Shown: piece after piece, positions 24,019-33,326 of the stretch
How the letters are laid out: every line of letters starts with the position of its first letter
Position numbering within the stretch: the first letter of the stretch is position 1
NCBI GenBank assembly: GCA_903887775.1
Contig: CAISRB010000008.1
Span: 16,629-80,628 of the forward strand
DNA: 64,000 nt
Reading direction: 5' to 3'
Source: an uncultured Bacteroidales bacterium
Lineage (GTDB): Bacteria > Bacteroidota > Bacteroidia > Bacteroidales > FEN-979
The notes under the pieces: model-generated
Databases searched by the model: none
What the model saw: only the letters and a program-made list of their open reading frames with translations
Told to the model about the DNA's origin: nothing
Position numbers and translations under genes: made by a program

Positions 24019-26337
24019 TCAGAAGGTTACACTGATGCCGAGGCTTGGCATTATCGGAAGCTGATCAACCTGGGTATAGGAAATACGGTCAAAATAGAAA
24101 ATGTTTTGCTGGTTCAGTGCATTGGTTAAACTGAAGGTTGCGTCAAGTTTCGTATATTTTCCGAGGAAAAAGGTTTTTTTAATGCTAAGGTCAAGCCGGC
24201 TGTAACCCGGAAGTCTTCCCTTGTTATAATCAGCATACAGTATCCCCATATCACCGTTGGTGGTTGTATAATTGCCGCCCATATCACTGAATGTCAGTTT
24301 TTCATAAAAACCCTGAGTCTGGGTAAACGGGAAACCTGATCCGTAATTATATCTTGCGTCAAGTTCCCATGTTCCTTTTTTTCCAAAAAGATAAGTGGCG
24401 ACGAGGTTCAGATTATGCCTTCTGTCCCAGATAGGCACATAATGCATGACCCCGTCATAGAGATGAACATAACAAAGTGAATAGGTGAGCCAAAGGCTGA
24501 GTTTCGAAAGCTGGTATTTAAGCGAGACATCAAGACCTTCTGCATCCCCGGTTTCAAGGATAAAATCCTTTTTAAAATAATCAGGTTTACTCGCGTTTTC
24601 AGGCGTATCGTCATAGAGCTTATTCCTGTTCATTGTCGTAAGCTGGGGATAATACTTATAATATCCTTCAACATTGAGGAAAAGGTTTTTCAGCAAATCC
24701 CATTCAAACCCTAATATAACCTGGTCGCAAAGCTGCAGTCGGGTGTTAACGGATCTCCCCATGAACTCCTTCTGAAGGTTCTGAGGTGCGGCAAGGTAAC
24801 CGGTGAAAAGGCTGACCACGTCCTGGCTGTATGTTGTACTGATCAGGTCCTGGGAATACATGCCTGCAGCCATTTTAAGCCTGAATGCCCGTAGGACGTT
24901 ATATTTTACTGAAAGCCTGGGTTCAAGCCGGATATTTGCGAGTGTTGCATAATATTGCAGTCTCAGACCAGGTTCGATCACAAATTTTCCTACGATCCAC
25001 TTGTATTTTGCATAGGCGGATGCTTCCGTTGTATTCTGGTCATAATTGATGTTCCTGTTGATACTGTTGTAGAAACTCAGAACGGTATGATACCCGGAAC
25101 CCTCAAGCCCGTAACGCAATGAACTTTTCCCGAAGAAATAGGTGAAGTCGAGGCCCACATTGAACCCGCCGATAGAGCTTGAGCGGGGTGACATGTCGAC
25201 TTCTTCCATAGCCACTTTGTAATATGAATAAGCCATATGGCCTTCAAGCAGAACCGGGCTTTTACCCGGTATGGCGACAAAGTTCAATCCGCCACCATAA
25301 GACTTCCAGTTATAATTCTGCAATACCTGGTACTGCACCTTATCGTTAAAATCAAAGCCATACAGGTTTACTTTACTGCCATTGGGCGCATTGATCGAGA
25401 TCTTCCCGTATATATCAAGATAGTTGTAAGGCAATCCGTTTTCGTTGATATAAGTATAAAGAATTTTACTGCTTTGTTCAAGGTATGAGCCTTTAACCGA
25501 GAGAACCAGTGAAGCGGAGGCGTCATTTTCGGTTTTTGCCTTTGCGATAGGTCCTTCAAACAGGCCTTTGGCGCCGAATGTACTGACATCTATTTTTCCC
25601 CCGAAACGATTCTTGTTCCCATCCCTCGTTGTGATATCCATCACGGATGAGATCCTGCCCCCGTATTCAGCATTAAAGCCCCCGGTGTAGACGTCTACAT
25701 TTTTAAGAATGTCAACATCGAATACCGAAAAAAGCCCGATGGAGTGAAAAGGGTTATAAATGATCATACCATCGAGTAATACCTTGTTCTGGATGGGAGG
25801 ACCGCCACGGATATACAATTGTCCGCCCTGGTCACCCGAAAAAATAACCCCGGGCAGTACCTGCAGGTACTGGGCCAGGTCAGGCTGGCCTCCAATGGTC
25901 GGGATCTGCATGATCTCCTTCGGTGTGATCTTGATAATAGACGTCTGGGTCTCTGTTGTTTTTTCCTGTTTTGAAGCGGAAACACTCACCTCCATCAGTT
26001 CAAATGTAGATTTATTAAGATAAAGCTTCTTCGTAAAAAGATCATTCTTATTAACCCTGATCGGGATCCTCAGGGTATCAAAACCGATATAAGTAACCAT
26101 CAGAGTATAATCCCCCGCAGGGATTTTTGAGATCGTGAAAAACCCGTTCTGGTCGGTCGTAGCGCCGAGAGTCGTTTTATACAGGTAAACATTAGTAAAA
26201 AGAACGGGTTCACCGTTTTCTTTCTCATAAACAAACCCTCGGATTATACCATTATTTTGAGCCGATGCTGTGAAATGAGCTGTGATCAGAAGAATCACAA
26301 TGAAAATAGAAGAGGAGAGTAAATTCCGGAAGGTCAT
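24019..26337 (-). CDS. TonB-dependent receptor with an N-terminal CarboxypepD_reg-like domain
   Basis: 772 aa. GIIRGFVYEKENGEPVLFTNVYL..., a plug region (QVLPGV..GGQLYIRGG) and a C-terminal beta-barrel ending in ..SLGISVTF. Confidence 0.85.
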   Translation of the reverse strand: MTFRNLLSSSIFIVILLITAHFTASAQNNGIIRGFVYEKENGEPVLFTNVYLYKTTLGATTDQNGFFTISKIPAGDYTLMVTYIGFDTLRIPIRVNKNDLFTKKLYLNKSTFELMEVSVSASKQEKTTETQTSIIKITPKEIMQIPTIGGQPDLAQYLQVLPGVIFSGDQGGQLYIRGGPPIQNKVLLDGMIIYNPFHSIGLFSVFDVDILKNVDVYTGGFNAEYGGRISSVMDITTRDGNKNRFGGKIDVSTFGAKGLFEGPIAKAKTENDASASLVLSVKGSYLEQSSKILYTYINENGLPYNYLDIYGKISINAPNGSKVNLYGFDFNDKVQYQVLQNYNWKSYGGGLNFVAIPGKSPVLLEGHMAYSYYKVAMEEVDMSPRSSSIGGFNVGLDFTYFFGKSSLRYGLEGSGYHTVLSFYNSINRNINYDQNTTEASAYAKYKWIVGKFVIEPGLRLQYYATLANIRLEPRLSVKYNVLRAFRLKMAAGMYSQDLISTTYSQDVVSLFTGYLAAPQNLQKEFMGRSVNTRLQLCDQVILGFEWDLLKNLFLNVEGYYKYYPQLTTMNRNKLYDDTPENASKPDYFKKDFILETGDAEGLDVSLKYQLSKLSLWLTYSLCYVHLYDGVMHYVPIWDRRHNLNLVATYLFGKKGTWELDARYNYGSGFPFTQTQGFYEKLTFSDMGGNYTTTNGDMGILYADYNKGRLPGYSRLDLSIKKTFFLGKYTKLDATFSLTNALNQQNIFYFDRISYTQVDQLPIMPSLGISVTF

Positions 26338-26457
26338 AGGGTCATTCTTAGTAAGAAAAATAAGATGGCCTCAAAAGTAGCTAAAATGTACGATTTAAAA
26401 AAGAAACGCTTTATGAAAAAATTCTTATTTTTGCTCAGACACATTCATTATACTATC

Positions 26458-28068
26458 ATGGCAAACAAGCTTTTATTATTAGGCGACGAAGCTATCGCCC
26501 TGGGTGCGCTGGATGCCGGTTTATCGGGGATCTATGCCTATCCCGGAACTCCTTCGACTGAAATTACAGAATACGTGCAGCATTCAAAAACTGCAAAAGA
26601 AAATAACATTCATTGTACCTGGTCCGCCAACGAAAAAACAGCCATGGAAGCGGCTTTAGGCATGTCATATGCCGGCAAACGGGCTATGGTGTGTATGAAG
26701 CACGTCGGTCTTAATGTCGCAGCAGACCCCTTCATCAACTCAGCGATAACAGGCGCGAACGGCGGGCTTATCGTTGTCTCAGCCGATGACCCTTCGATGC
26801 ATTCATCGCAGAACGAACAGGATTCAAGGTTTTATGGTAAGTTCGCAATGGTCCCGATTCTCGAGCCATCGAGCCAGCAGGAAGCCTATGATATGGTTCA
26901 TTATGGCTTTGACTTCTCTGAAAAATACCAGGTTCCAGTTTTAATCCGCATCACCACCCGCATGGCACATTCCCGTTCCGGTGTTGTTCGCAGTGATTGC
27001 CGGGAACAGAACACATTGCATCTGCCTTCCGACCTGAGGCAGTTTGTTCTTCTGCCGGCTATTGCAAAAAAACGATATAATAAACTGCTGGAGACACATC
27101 GGTTTTTTATTGAAGAATCTGAGAATTCGCCGTTTAATGCTTATCATGACGGGCCTGATAAATCGCTGGGTATCCTGGTCGCGGGTATTGCATTGAACTA
27201 CCTGATGGAGAATTTCCCCGACCGCAAAATACCATATCCGTTACTGAAAATCGGCCAGTATCCTATGCCCCGCAAGCTGGTTGAGAAGCTGGTCGGCGAA
27301 AGCCGCGAGGTTCTGATAGTCGAAGACGGTTATCCCATGATTGAAGAACTTATCCGCGGATACATTCCCGGGCAAAAAAAGATCAGGGGCAGGTTCGACG
27401 GAAGCATTCCCCGTACCGGTGAGTTAAACCCTAACATTCTCGCGGTGGCACTTGGTTTGCCTGATACCCAGGGGTTGCCGGTTCCGGACCTGATGGTGGG
27501 ACGTCCCCCTCAGCTATGTGCAGGTTGCCCGCATATTGATTCCTATAAAGCGTTGAATGAAGTGCTTGAAGCTCTTCCAAAGGGAAGGGTTTTTTCCGAT
27601 ATCGGTTGTTATACGCTGGGGGCATTAAAGCCCTATGAAGCCATCAACAGCTGTGTCGACATGGGCGCTTCGATTACGATGGCCAAAGGGGCTGCCGATG
27701 CAGGTTTTGTACCATCTGTGGCAGTGATAGGCGATTCCACGTTTACACACAGTGGAATTACAGGGCTGCTGGATGCGGTGAATGATAAATCACCGGTCAC
27801 GGTGATCATCCTTGACAATGCAACCACCGCTATGACTGGAGGGCAGGATTCGGCCGGTACGGGACGCATCGAAGATATCTGCAAAGGGGTTGGCGTTGAA
27901 GAAGCACATATCCGTGTGATCAGGCCTCTCAGGAAATATCACGAAGAAAATGTGACAATAATCCGGGAGGAGCTTAATTATAACGGCGTTTCGGTTATTA
28001 TCCCGAGAAGGGAATGTATCGTAACCGTGGATAAAAGAATGAGAGAGAAATTCAGGCAAAAACAATAA
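26458..28068 (+). CDS. iorA: Indolepyruvate:ferredoxin oxidoreductase subunit alpha
   Basis: MANKLLLLGDEAIALGALDAGLSGIYAYPGTPSTEI..., with the TPP-binding GDSTF..H motif. The start was moved to the ATG at 26458; the upstream 31 codons of the track ORF look like a spurious extension. Confidence 0.85.
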   Translation: MANKLLLLGDEAIALGALDAGLSGIYAYPGTPSTEITEYVQHSKTAKENNIHCTWSANEKTAMEAALGMSYAGKRAMVCMKHVGLNVAADPFINSAITGANGGLIVVSADDPSMHSSQNEQDSRFYGKFAMVPILEPSSQQEAYDMVHYGFDFSEKYQVPVLIRITTRMAHSRSGVVRSDCREQNTLHLPSDLRQFVLLPAIAKKRYNKLLETHRFFIEESENSPFNAYHDGPDKSLGILVAGIALNYLMENFPDRKIPYPLLKIGQYPMPRKLVEKLVGESREVLIVEDGYPMIEELIRGYIPGQKKIRGRFDGSIPRTGELNPNILAVALGLPDTQGLPVPDLMVGRPPQLCAGCPHIDSYKALNEVLEALPKGRVFSDIGCYTLGALKPYEAINSCVDMGASITMAKGAADAGFVPSVAVIGDSTFTHSGITGLLDAVNDKSPVTVIILDNATTAMTGGQDSAGTGRIEDICKGVGVEEAHIRVIRPLRKYHEENVTIIREELNYNGVSVIIPRRECIVTVDKRMREKFRQKQ

Positions 28069-28078
28069 TATTTTCAAA

Positions 28079-28146
28079 ATGAAATACCCATACTAACAAT
28101 GTTCATACCAACCGTGAATGTTAATTATGGGTATTCCATGTGACCG
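28079..28146 (+). repeat. Conserved 68-nt hairpin element, copy B, in the iorA-iorB spacer
   Basis: Same ATGAAATACCCAT / ATGGGTATTCCAT stem, and the same A.C mismatch, as copy A at 15379-15447. Confidence 0.7.
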
Positions 28147-28173
28147 ATTTGTTAAAAAATAAATTATTTACAC

Positions 28174-28758
28174 ATGAAAAAAGATATCATCTTGGCAGGA
28201 GTGGGAGGCCAGGGAATCATTTCCATTGCTTCTGTGATCGGCTATGCCGCTCTTCAGGAAAAGATGTTTCTTAAGCAGTCAGAGGTTCATGGAATGAGCC
28301 AGAGGGGAGGAGACGTCATGTCGAACCTGAGGATCTCCCATGATGAAATCGCATCGGACCTTATTCCTTTCGGACAGGCCGATCTCATTATTTCAGTAGA
28401 ACCTCTCGAGTCACTCAGGTATCTCAGCTACCTCTCTCCCACTGAAGGCTGGCTTGTAACCAATATTACACCTTTCAATAATATTCCCAATTATCCGGAT
28501 ATTGAGGAAGTAATAGCCGGGATCAATAAAATTCCCCGTCATATCGCCCTCGACGCTGACAAACTGGCAAAAGAAGCGGGATCAGCGAAATCGGCTAATA
28601 TCGTTATCCTGGGGGCTGCTTCACCTTTCCTGGGGCTGGCTTTTGAAAAATTTCAGGATGCGATCCGCTTTATTTTCAGGTCAAAGGAAGAATCTGTGAT
28701 AGAAAAAAACCTGGAAGCTCTGAAACTGGGCAGGGATTTTACTGATCAGAATATTTGA
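28174..28758 (+). CDS. iorB: Indolepyruvate:ferredoxin oxidoreductase subunit beta
   Basis: 194 aa. KDIILAGVGGQGIISIASVIG..EVHGMSQRGG. Confidence 0.85.
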   Translation: MKKDIILAGVGGQGIISIASVIGYAALQEKMFLKQSEVHGMSQRGGDVMSNLRISHDEIASDLIPFGQADLIISVEPLESLRYLSYLSPTEGWLVTNITPFNNIPNYPDIEEVIAGINKIPRHIALDADKLAKEAGSAKSANIVILGAASPFLGLAFEKFQDAIRFIFRSKEESVIEKNLEALKLGRDFTDQNI

Positions 28759-28802
28759 AATATTATCTATCTTTACATGTTGTATTAATCAAAACTATAG
28801 AT

Positions 28803-29990
28803 ATGAGGATCCTTCAAAGGAAATTTGCTCATTATACTGATCCGCAAAAAGTGGAAAGGCTGGGGATCTATCCTTTCTTCAGGATGATAGAATCGGAACA
28901 GGATACTGTGGTAACCATTGGTGGGAAAAAAGTGCTGATGTTTGGTTCAAACAGTTATCTGGGGCTCACCAATCATCCTGCGATCAAGGAAGCTGCAATA
29001 AAGGCCACCGAAAAATACGGGACAGGATGTGCAGGATCAAGGTTTCTGAACGGCACCCTCGATTTGCATGTTGAGCTTGAGAAGAAACTTGCCGAATTTG
29101 TTCACAAGGATGCAGCCTTGGTTTTCAGCACAGGTTTCCAGGTTAATATAGGAGTCATACCAACGGTTACGGGACGTAACGATTATCTTCTTATTGATGA
29201 GCTTGATCATGCCTCCATAATTGAAGCAACCCGGCTTTCCTTCGCGAAGGTCGTAAAATACCGTCATAACGACATGCAATCCCTCGAGAGGATCCTGAAA
29301 AGATGTGAACCGAACAGGGTTAAACTGATTGTCGTGGATGGCATTTTCAGTATGGACGGGGATATTGTAAAACTTCCTGAAATAGTAAAACTTGCCGATA
29401 AATATGATGCTTCCGTGATGGTTGATGATGCCCATGCTATTGGTGTCATCGGGGAAAACGGATCAGGCACTGCATCCCATTTCGGTCTGACGAAGAAGGT
29501 TGACCTTATTATGGGCACCTTTTCGAAATCCCTGGCAGCGCTGGGAGGTTTCATTGCCAGCGATTTCGAAACTATCAATTACATAAAACACCACTCCCGC
29601 TCACTCATTTTCAGCGCGAGTATGACACCGGCTTCTGCAGCTACTGTACTTGCTGCACTCGAATTGCTGAAAAGCGAACCCCAACGTATAAAACATCTCT
29701 GGGATCTGACATGGTATGCCCTGGAAAACTTCAAACGGCTAGGATTCGACACAGGGCTTTCTCATACACCGATTATTCCTCTTTATATCCGGGACAATAT
29801 TAAAACCCTTACCCTGACGAAGATGTTACTGGATGAGGGTGTCTTTATTAACCCGGTAGTTTCTCCGGCAGTCAGTAAAGACAATACCCTGATCCGTTTT
29901 TCACTCATGGCAACTCATACCAAAGAGCAGATCGATACCGCACTTGAGAAATTTGAAAGGGTTGGGAAAAAGCTACGCATCATCAAATGA
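28803..29990 (+). CDS. spt: Alpha-oxoamine synthase, serine palmitoyltransferase-like
   Basis: RLGIYPFFRMIESEQDTVVTIGGKKVLMFGSNSYLGLTNHP..KYGTGCAGSRFLNGTLDLHVELE..GTFSKSLAALGGF. This closely resembles my recollection of Bacteroides and Porphyromonas Spt. The start is set at the ATG at 28803. Confidence 0.75.
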   Translation: MRILQRKFAHYTDPQKVERLGIYPFFRMIESEQDTVVTIGGKKVLMFGSNSYLGLTNHPAIKEAAIKATEKYGTGCAGSRFLNGTLDLHVELEKKLAEFVHKDAALVFSTGFQVNIGVIPTVTGRNDYLLIDELDHASIIEATRLSFAKVVKYRHNDMQSLERILKRCEPNRVKLIVVDGIFSMDGDIVKLPEIVKLADKYDASVMVDDAHAIGVIGENGSGTASHFGLTKKVDLIMGTFSKSLAALGGFIASDFETINYIKHHSRSLIFSASMTPASAATVLAALELLKSEPQRIKHLWDLTWYALENFKRLGFDTGLSHTPIIPLYIRDNIKTLTLTKMLLDEGVFINPVVSPAVSKDNTLIRFSLMATHTKEQIDTALEKFERVGKKLRIIK

Positions 29991-30008
29991 TGCAATAAAC
30001 CAACAACC

Positions 30009-31139
30009 ATGGCCATTCAAATTAAACCGGTCAAGACGAGAACTGATCTGAGCCGTTTTATCAAATTTCCTTACAGCCTGTACAAGGGTAATAAATACTG
30101 GTGCCCTCCCATGCGAATGGATGAACGGAATACCTTAAGCCCTAAAAAGAATCCGGCATTCGATTTCTGTGAAGCTCAGTATTTTCTTGCGTATAAAGGG
30201 AAAGAGCTGGTTGGGAGAGTTGCCGGCATTATAAACCACGCATCAAATACCCGCTGGAACGAAAAGCTTGTGAGATTTGGGTGGATTGATTTTACCGATG
30301 ATCCTGAAGTATCAGGGGCCCTGATTGATGCCGTGACTGCATGGGGAAAGGAAAATGGCATGATAGGGATTCACGGTCCGCTTGGCTTTTCGGATATGGA
30401 TAATGAAGGTATGTTGATTGAAGGGTTCGAAGAACTGGCTACCATGGCATCGATATACAACTATCCGTATTATATGGAACATATGCAGAAGATGGGTTTT
30501 GAGAGGGCTGCCGATTGGGTCCAGTATGAATTTGAGATGCCGCCTATTCCTGAAAAAATCCACAGAGCTGCCGGCTTGATCGCCAGAAAATACAATCTTA
30601 GAGTACTGCAGGCAAAAAAGGCGAAAGATTTTCTAGCCTATGCCCCTAAAATGTGGGCTACCCTGAATGAAGCATTCGATAATCTGTACGGTTATACGAA
30701 ACTTACGCAAAAGCAGACAGTTCTTTATACAAAGCAATATTTCCCGTTCATCAACCCTGATTATGTTTGTATGGTGCTGAATGAGCATGACGATGTAGCA
30801 GGGTTTGGGATCTGCCTTCCTTCGCTTACACGCGCCCTTCAGAAATGCAACGGCAGGTTGTTCCCTTTTGGCTGGTATCATATCATGAGAGCGCTTAAAT
30901 CAAATGAGATCATCGACATGTACCTTAACGGGGTCAAACCGGAATATCAGAACAAGGGAGTCGTTTCAATCTATCATCTTGAGTTACATAAAGGATTTTT
31001 GAAGAACAACGTAAAATATGTCGTCACGAACCCACAGCTTGAAGACAATAAATCGGCGGTTTTGATGTGGAAGAGTTATGAGACAGCCCGTCAGCATCTC
31101 AAACGTCGCTGCTGGATAAAACATTTTAATGAGCATTGA
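30009..31139 (+). CDS. GNAT-like acyltransferase-family protein (376 aa), paralog 1
   Basis: The C-terminal motif-A-like sequence is GVKPEYQNKGVVS. The conserved N-terminal region is FPYSLYKGNKYWCPP..VGRVAGIIN..VRFGWIDF..GPLGFSDMDNEGML. It is clearly paralogous to 32159-33277 and more distantly to 53413-54609. Confidence 0.5.
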   Translation: MAIQIKPVKTRTDLSRFIKFPYSLYKGNKYWCPPMRMDERNTLSPKKNPAFDFCEAQYFLAYKGKELVGRVAGIINHASNTRWNEKLVRFGWIDFTDDPEVSGALIDAVTAWGKENGMIGIHGPLGFSDMDNEGMLIEGFEELATMASIYNYPYYMEHMQKMGFERAADWVQYEFEMPPIPEKIHRAAGLIARKYNLRVLQAKKAKDFLAYAPKMWATLNEAFDNLYGYTKLTQKQTVLYTKQYFPFINPDYVCMVLNEHDDVAGFGICLPSLTRALQKCNGRLFPFGWYHIMRALKSNEIIDMYLNGVKPEYQNKGVVSIYHLELHKGFLKNNVKYVVTNPQLEDNKSAVLMWKSYETARQHLKRRCWIKHFNEH

Positions 31140-32143
31140 TGGGTAATATCCTGATCACTGGTGCAAGCGGGTTCATTGGCAGTTTTCTTGCGGAAGAAGC
31201 ATTGAAAAGGGACCTCGATGTTTTTGCCGGCCTCAGGAAATCAAGCTCCCGCCGATATCTGCAGGATTCCCGTATACGGTTCGTTGAACTGGATTTTACC
31301 GATAAAACTCGGCTAAAAGAAACCCTTCTTGAGCAGAAGCAGAAAGGCATTCATTTCGATACAATCATCCACAATGCAGGGCTTACGAAAGCCCGGAAAA
31401 AGGAAGATTTTTACAGGGTTAATTACAGGTTCACAAAAAATTTTATTGAGGCATTGACAGAAACCGGAACTGTCCCCCTGAAGTTCATTTACATAAGCAG
31501 CCTTGCGGCATATGGACCGGGTAATGAGCTCAGCATGAAACCTGTGATGCTCGATGATATCCCAAAACCGGTCGACGAATACGGAAAAAGTAAACTTGAA
31601 TCTGAAAAATACATCAGGTCACTGAATGGATTTCCCTGGCTTATCATTCGTCCTTCGGGTGTATACGGTCCAAGGGAAAAAGATTATTTTGTTTACTTCC
31701 AGACCATCAGCAGGGGGATGGAACCATATATCGGTTTCAAACCGCAGATACTGACCTTTATATATGTTAAGGACCTTGTCAGGCTGATCCTTGATGCAGC
31801 ATTCTCGGGCATTACAGGGAAATCATATTTTGTGACCGATGGGAAGCAATATGATTCGAGGGAATTTGCAGCAATAACAAAAAAACACCTGCAGAAGAAA
31901 ACCCTCAGGATCACTCTTCCGCTGAAACTTGTCGGGGGAATCGCTTTGGCGATGGAAAAAATTTTCAGCCTTGCAGGCAGCATGCCCACGCTGAACACCG
32001 ATAAATTCAAGATAATGAAAAGTACGAACTGGACCTGCCAGGTGGATGTTCTTGAGAAAGATTTCAACTTCCAGGCAGAATATGACCTCGACAGAGGTGT
32101 GAAAGAGGTTCTCGAATGGTACAAAAACGAAGGCTGGTTATAA
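31139..32143 (+). CDS. Extended short-chain dehydrogenase/reductase (NAD-dependent epimerase/dehydratase family)
   Basis: ILITGASGFIGSFL is the Rossmann motif and YGKSK is the YxxxK catalytic motif. The ATG overlaps the upstream TGA by 1 nt. Confidence 0.8.
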   Translation: MGNILITGASGFIGSFLAEEALKRDLDVFAGLRKSSSRRYLQDSRIRFVELDFTDKTRLKETLLEQKQKGIHFDTIIHNAGLTKARKKEDFYRVNYRFTKNFIEALTETGTVPLKFIYISSLAAYGPGNELSMKPVMLDDIPKPVDEYGKSKLESEKYIRSLNGFPWLIIRPSGVYGPREKDYFVYFQTISRGMEPYIGFKPQILTFIYVKDLVRLILDAAFSGITGKSYFVTDGKQYDSREFAAITKKHLQKKTLRITLPLKLVGGIALAMEKIFSLAGSMPTLNTDKFKIMKSTNWTCQVDVLEKDFNFQAEYDLDRGVKEVLEWYKNEGWL

Positions 32144-32158
32144 TTAATCCCTCCCCTG

Positions 32159-33277
32159 ATGATAGAGATCAGAAAAGTCACGACATCCGCAGAATTAAAA
32201 AAATTTATTACATTCCCTCACCATCTTTATAAAGGCAATCTGTATTGGTGCCCCCCTATCATAATGGATGAGAAAGTCACGCTTTCATCTAAGAAGAATC
32301 ATGCTTTTGAATATTGCAAGGCCGAATACTGGCTGGCATATAAAGATGGTAAGCTGGCAGGCAGAGTGGCAGGGATTATAAACCCCAAAGCCAATAAACG
32401 CTGGTCGGAGGACCTGGTTAGGTTTGGATGGATAGATTTCATTGACGACTCTGAGGTTTCGGAAAAACTTATAGCTACGGTTGAGGCATGGGGTATATCA
32501 CAGGGAATGAAAGGTATTCAGGGCCCTCTCGGTTTTACCGATATGGACAATGAAGGAATGATGGTTGAAGGTTTTGACCAGCACTGCACTCTTTCTTCAA
32601 TCTACAATTATCCTTACTATGTTGACCATATGGTGCGGATGGGATTCGTGAAGGCAGCCGACTGGGTCCAGTATGAGTTTGAAATACCAGAAGAATTACC
32701 GGAAAAGTTTGTTCGTACGGCGAAACTGGTTGAAAATAAATTTCATCTCAGGGTGCTGAAGGCAAGGCGACGGAAAGACCTTTTAGTGTATGCAAAAAAA
32801 ATGTTTGCCATGCTGAATAAGGCATTTGACGAATTGTATGGCTTTGCTGCCCTGAATGAAGAGCAAATGGAGGACTATGTGAAGCAATATTTCGGTTTTA
32901 TCAGGCCTGAATTTGTTGCTTTTGTTTTGGATTCTGAAGATGATATTGTTGGATTTGGTGTCACTATGCCATCGGTCACCAGGGCTTTACAAATATCGAA
33001 CGGTAAGTTCTTCCCTTTTGGCTGGATCAATCTGCTTAAATCTGTGTACTATAATGACACCATCGATATGTACCTGGTGGGAGTCCATCCTGATTATCAT
33101 GGGAAAGGCGCTGCAGCATTGGTTTGGAAGTACCTTCATGAAGCATACCGTAAATATGGGATAACCAAGGCCTATTCGAATCCACAGCTGGAGGATAATG
33201 CCAGGGCCCTGTCGATCTGGAAGAGTTTTGAGGGGAGGCAGATCATCAGGCGAAGGTGCTGGGTAAAGCATTTCTGA
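32159..33277 (+). CDS. GNAT-like acyltransferase-family protein (372 aa), paralog 2
   Basis: FPHHLYKGNLYWCPP..AGRVAGIIN..VRFGWIDF..GPLGFTDMDNEGMM..GVHPDYHGKGAAA. Confidence 0.5.
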   Translation: MIEIRKVTTSAELKKFITFPHHLYKGNLYWCPPIIMDEKVTLSSKKNHAFEYCKAEYWLAYKDGKLAGRVAGIINPKANKRWSEDLVRFGWIDFIDDSEVSEKLIATVEAWGISQGMKGIQGPLGFTDMDNEGMMVEGFDQHCTLSSIYNYPYYVDHMVRMGFVKAADWVQYEFEIPEELPEKFVRTAKLVENKFHLRVLKARRRKDLLVYAKKMFAMLNKAFDELYGFAALNEEQMEDYVKQYFGFIRPEFVAFVLDSEDDIVGFGVTMPSVTRALQISNGKFFPFGWINLLKSVYYNDTIDMYLVGVHPDYHGKGAAALVWKYLHEAYRKYGITKAYSNPQLEDNARALSIWKSFEGRQIIRRRCWVKHF

Positions 33278-33280
33278 AAT

Positions 33281-33310
33281 AAAAAAGGCGACCATCGGCC
33301 GCCTTTTTTA
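33281..33310. terminator. Bidirectional intrinsic terminator between the convergent GNAT-like and susD-like genes
   Basis: AAAAAAGGCGACC-ATC-GGCCGCCTTTTTT. Confidence 0.6.
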
Positions 33311-33326
33311 TTCAAGTCACAGATTA

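Noticed and set aside
24008-24019. 12-nt perfect palindrome ATGCCCGGGCAT between the convergent DUF4296-like and TonB-receptor genes, considered as a terminator.
   Set aside because: It has no loop and no flanking T-tract, and it overlaps the receptor stop codon. It is too weak to call.
26365-26457. Upstream in-frame extension of iorA (MASKVAKMYDLKKKRFMKKFLFLLRHIHYTI).
   Set aside because: It is a Lys-rich AT-rich translation of promoter-like DNA. IorA homologues start at the MANKLLLLGDEAIA-type sequence.
28755-28802. Upstream extension of the Spt-like ORF overlapping the iorB stop.
   Set aside because: The sequence (MKYYLSLHVVLIKTID) has no counterpart in Spt homologues as I recall them. 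The Met at 28803 gives the conserved MRILQRKFAHY.. start. True translational coupling to iorB cannot be excluded.
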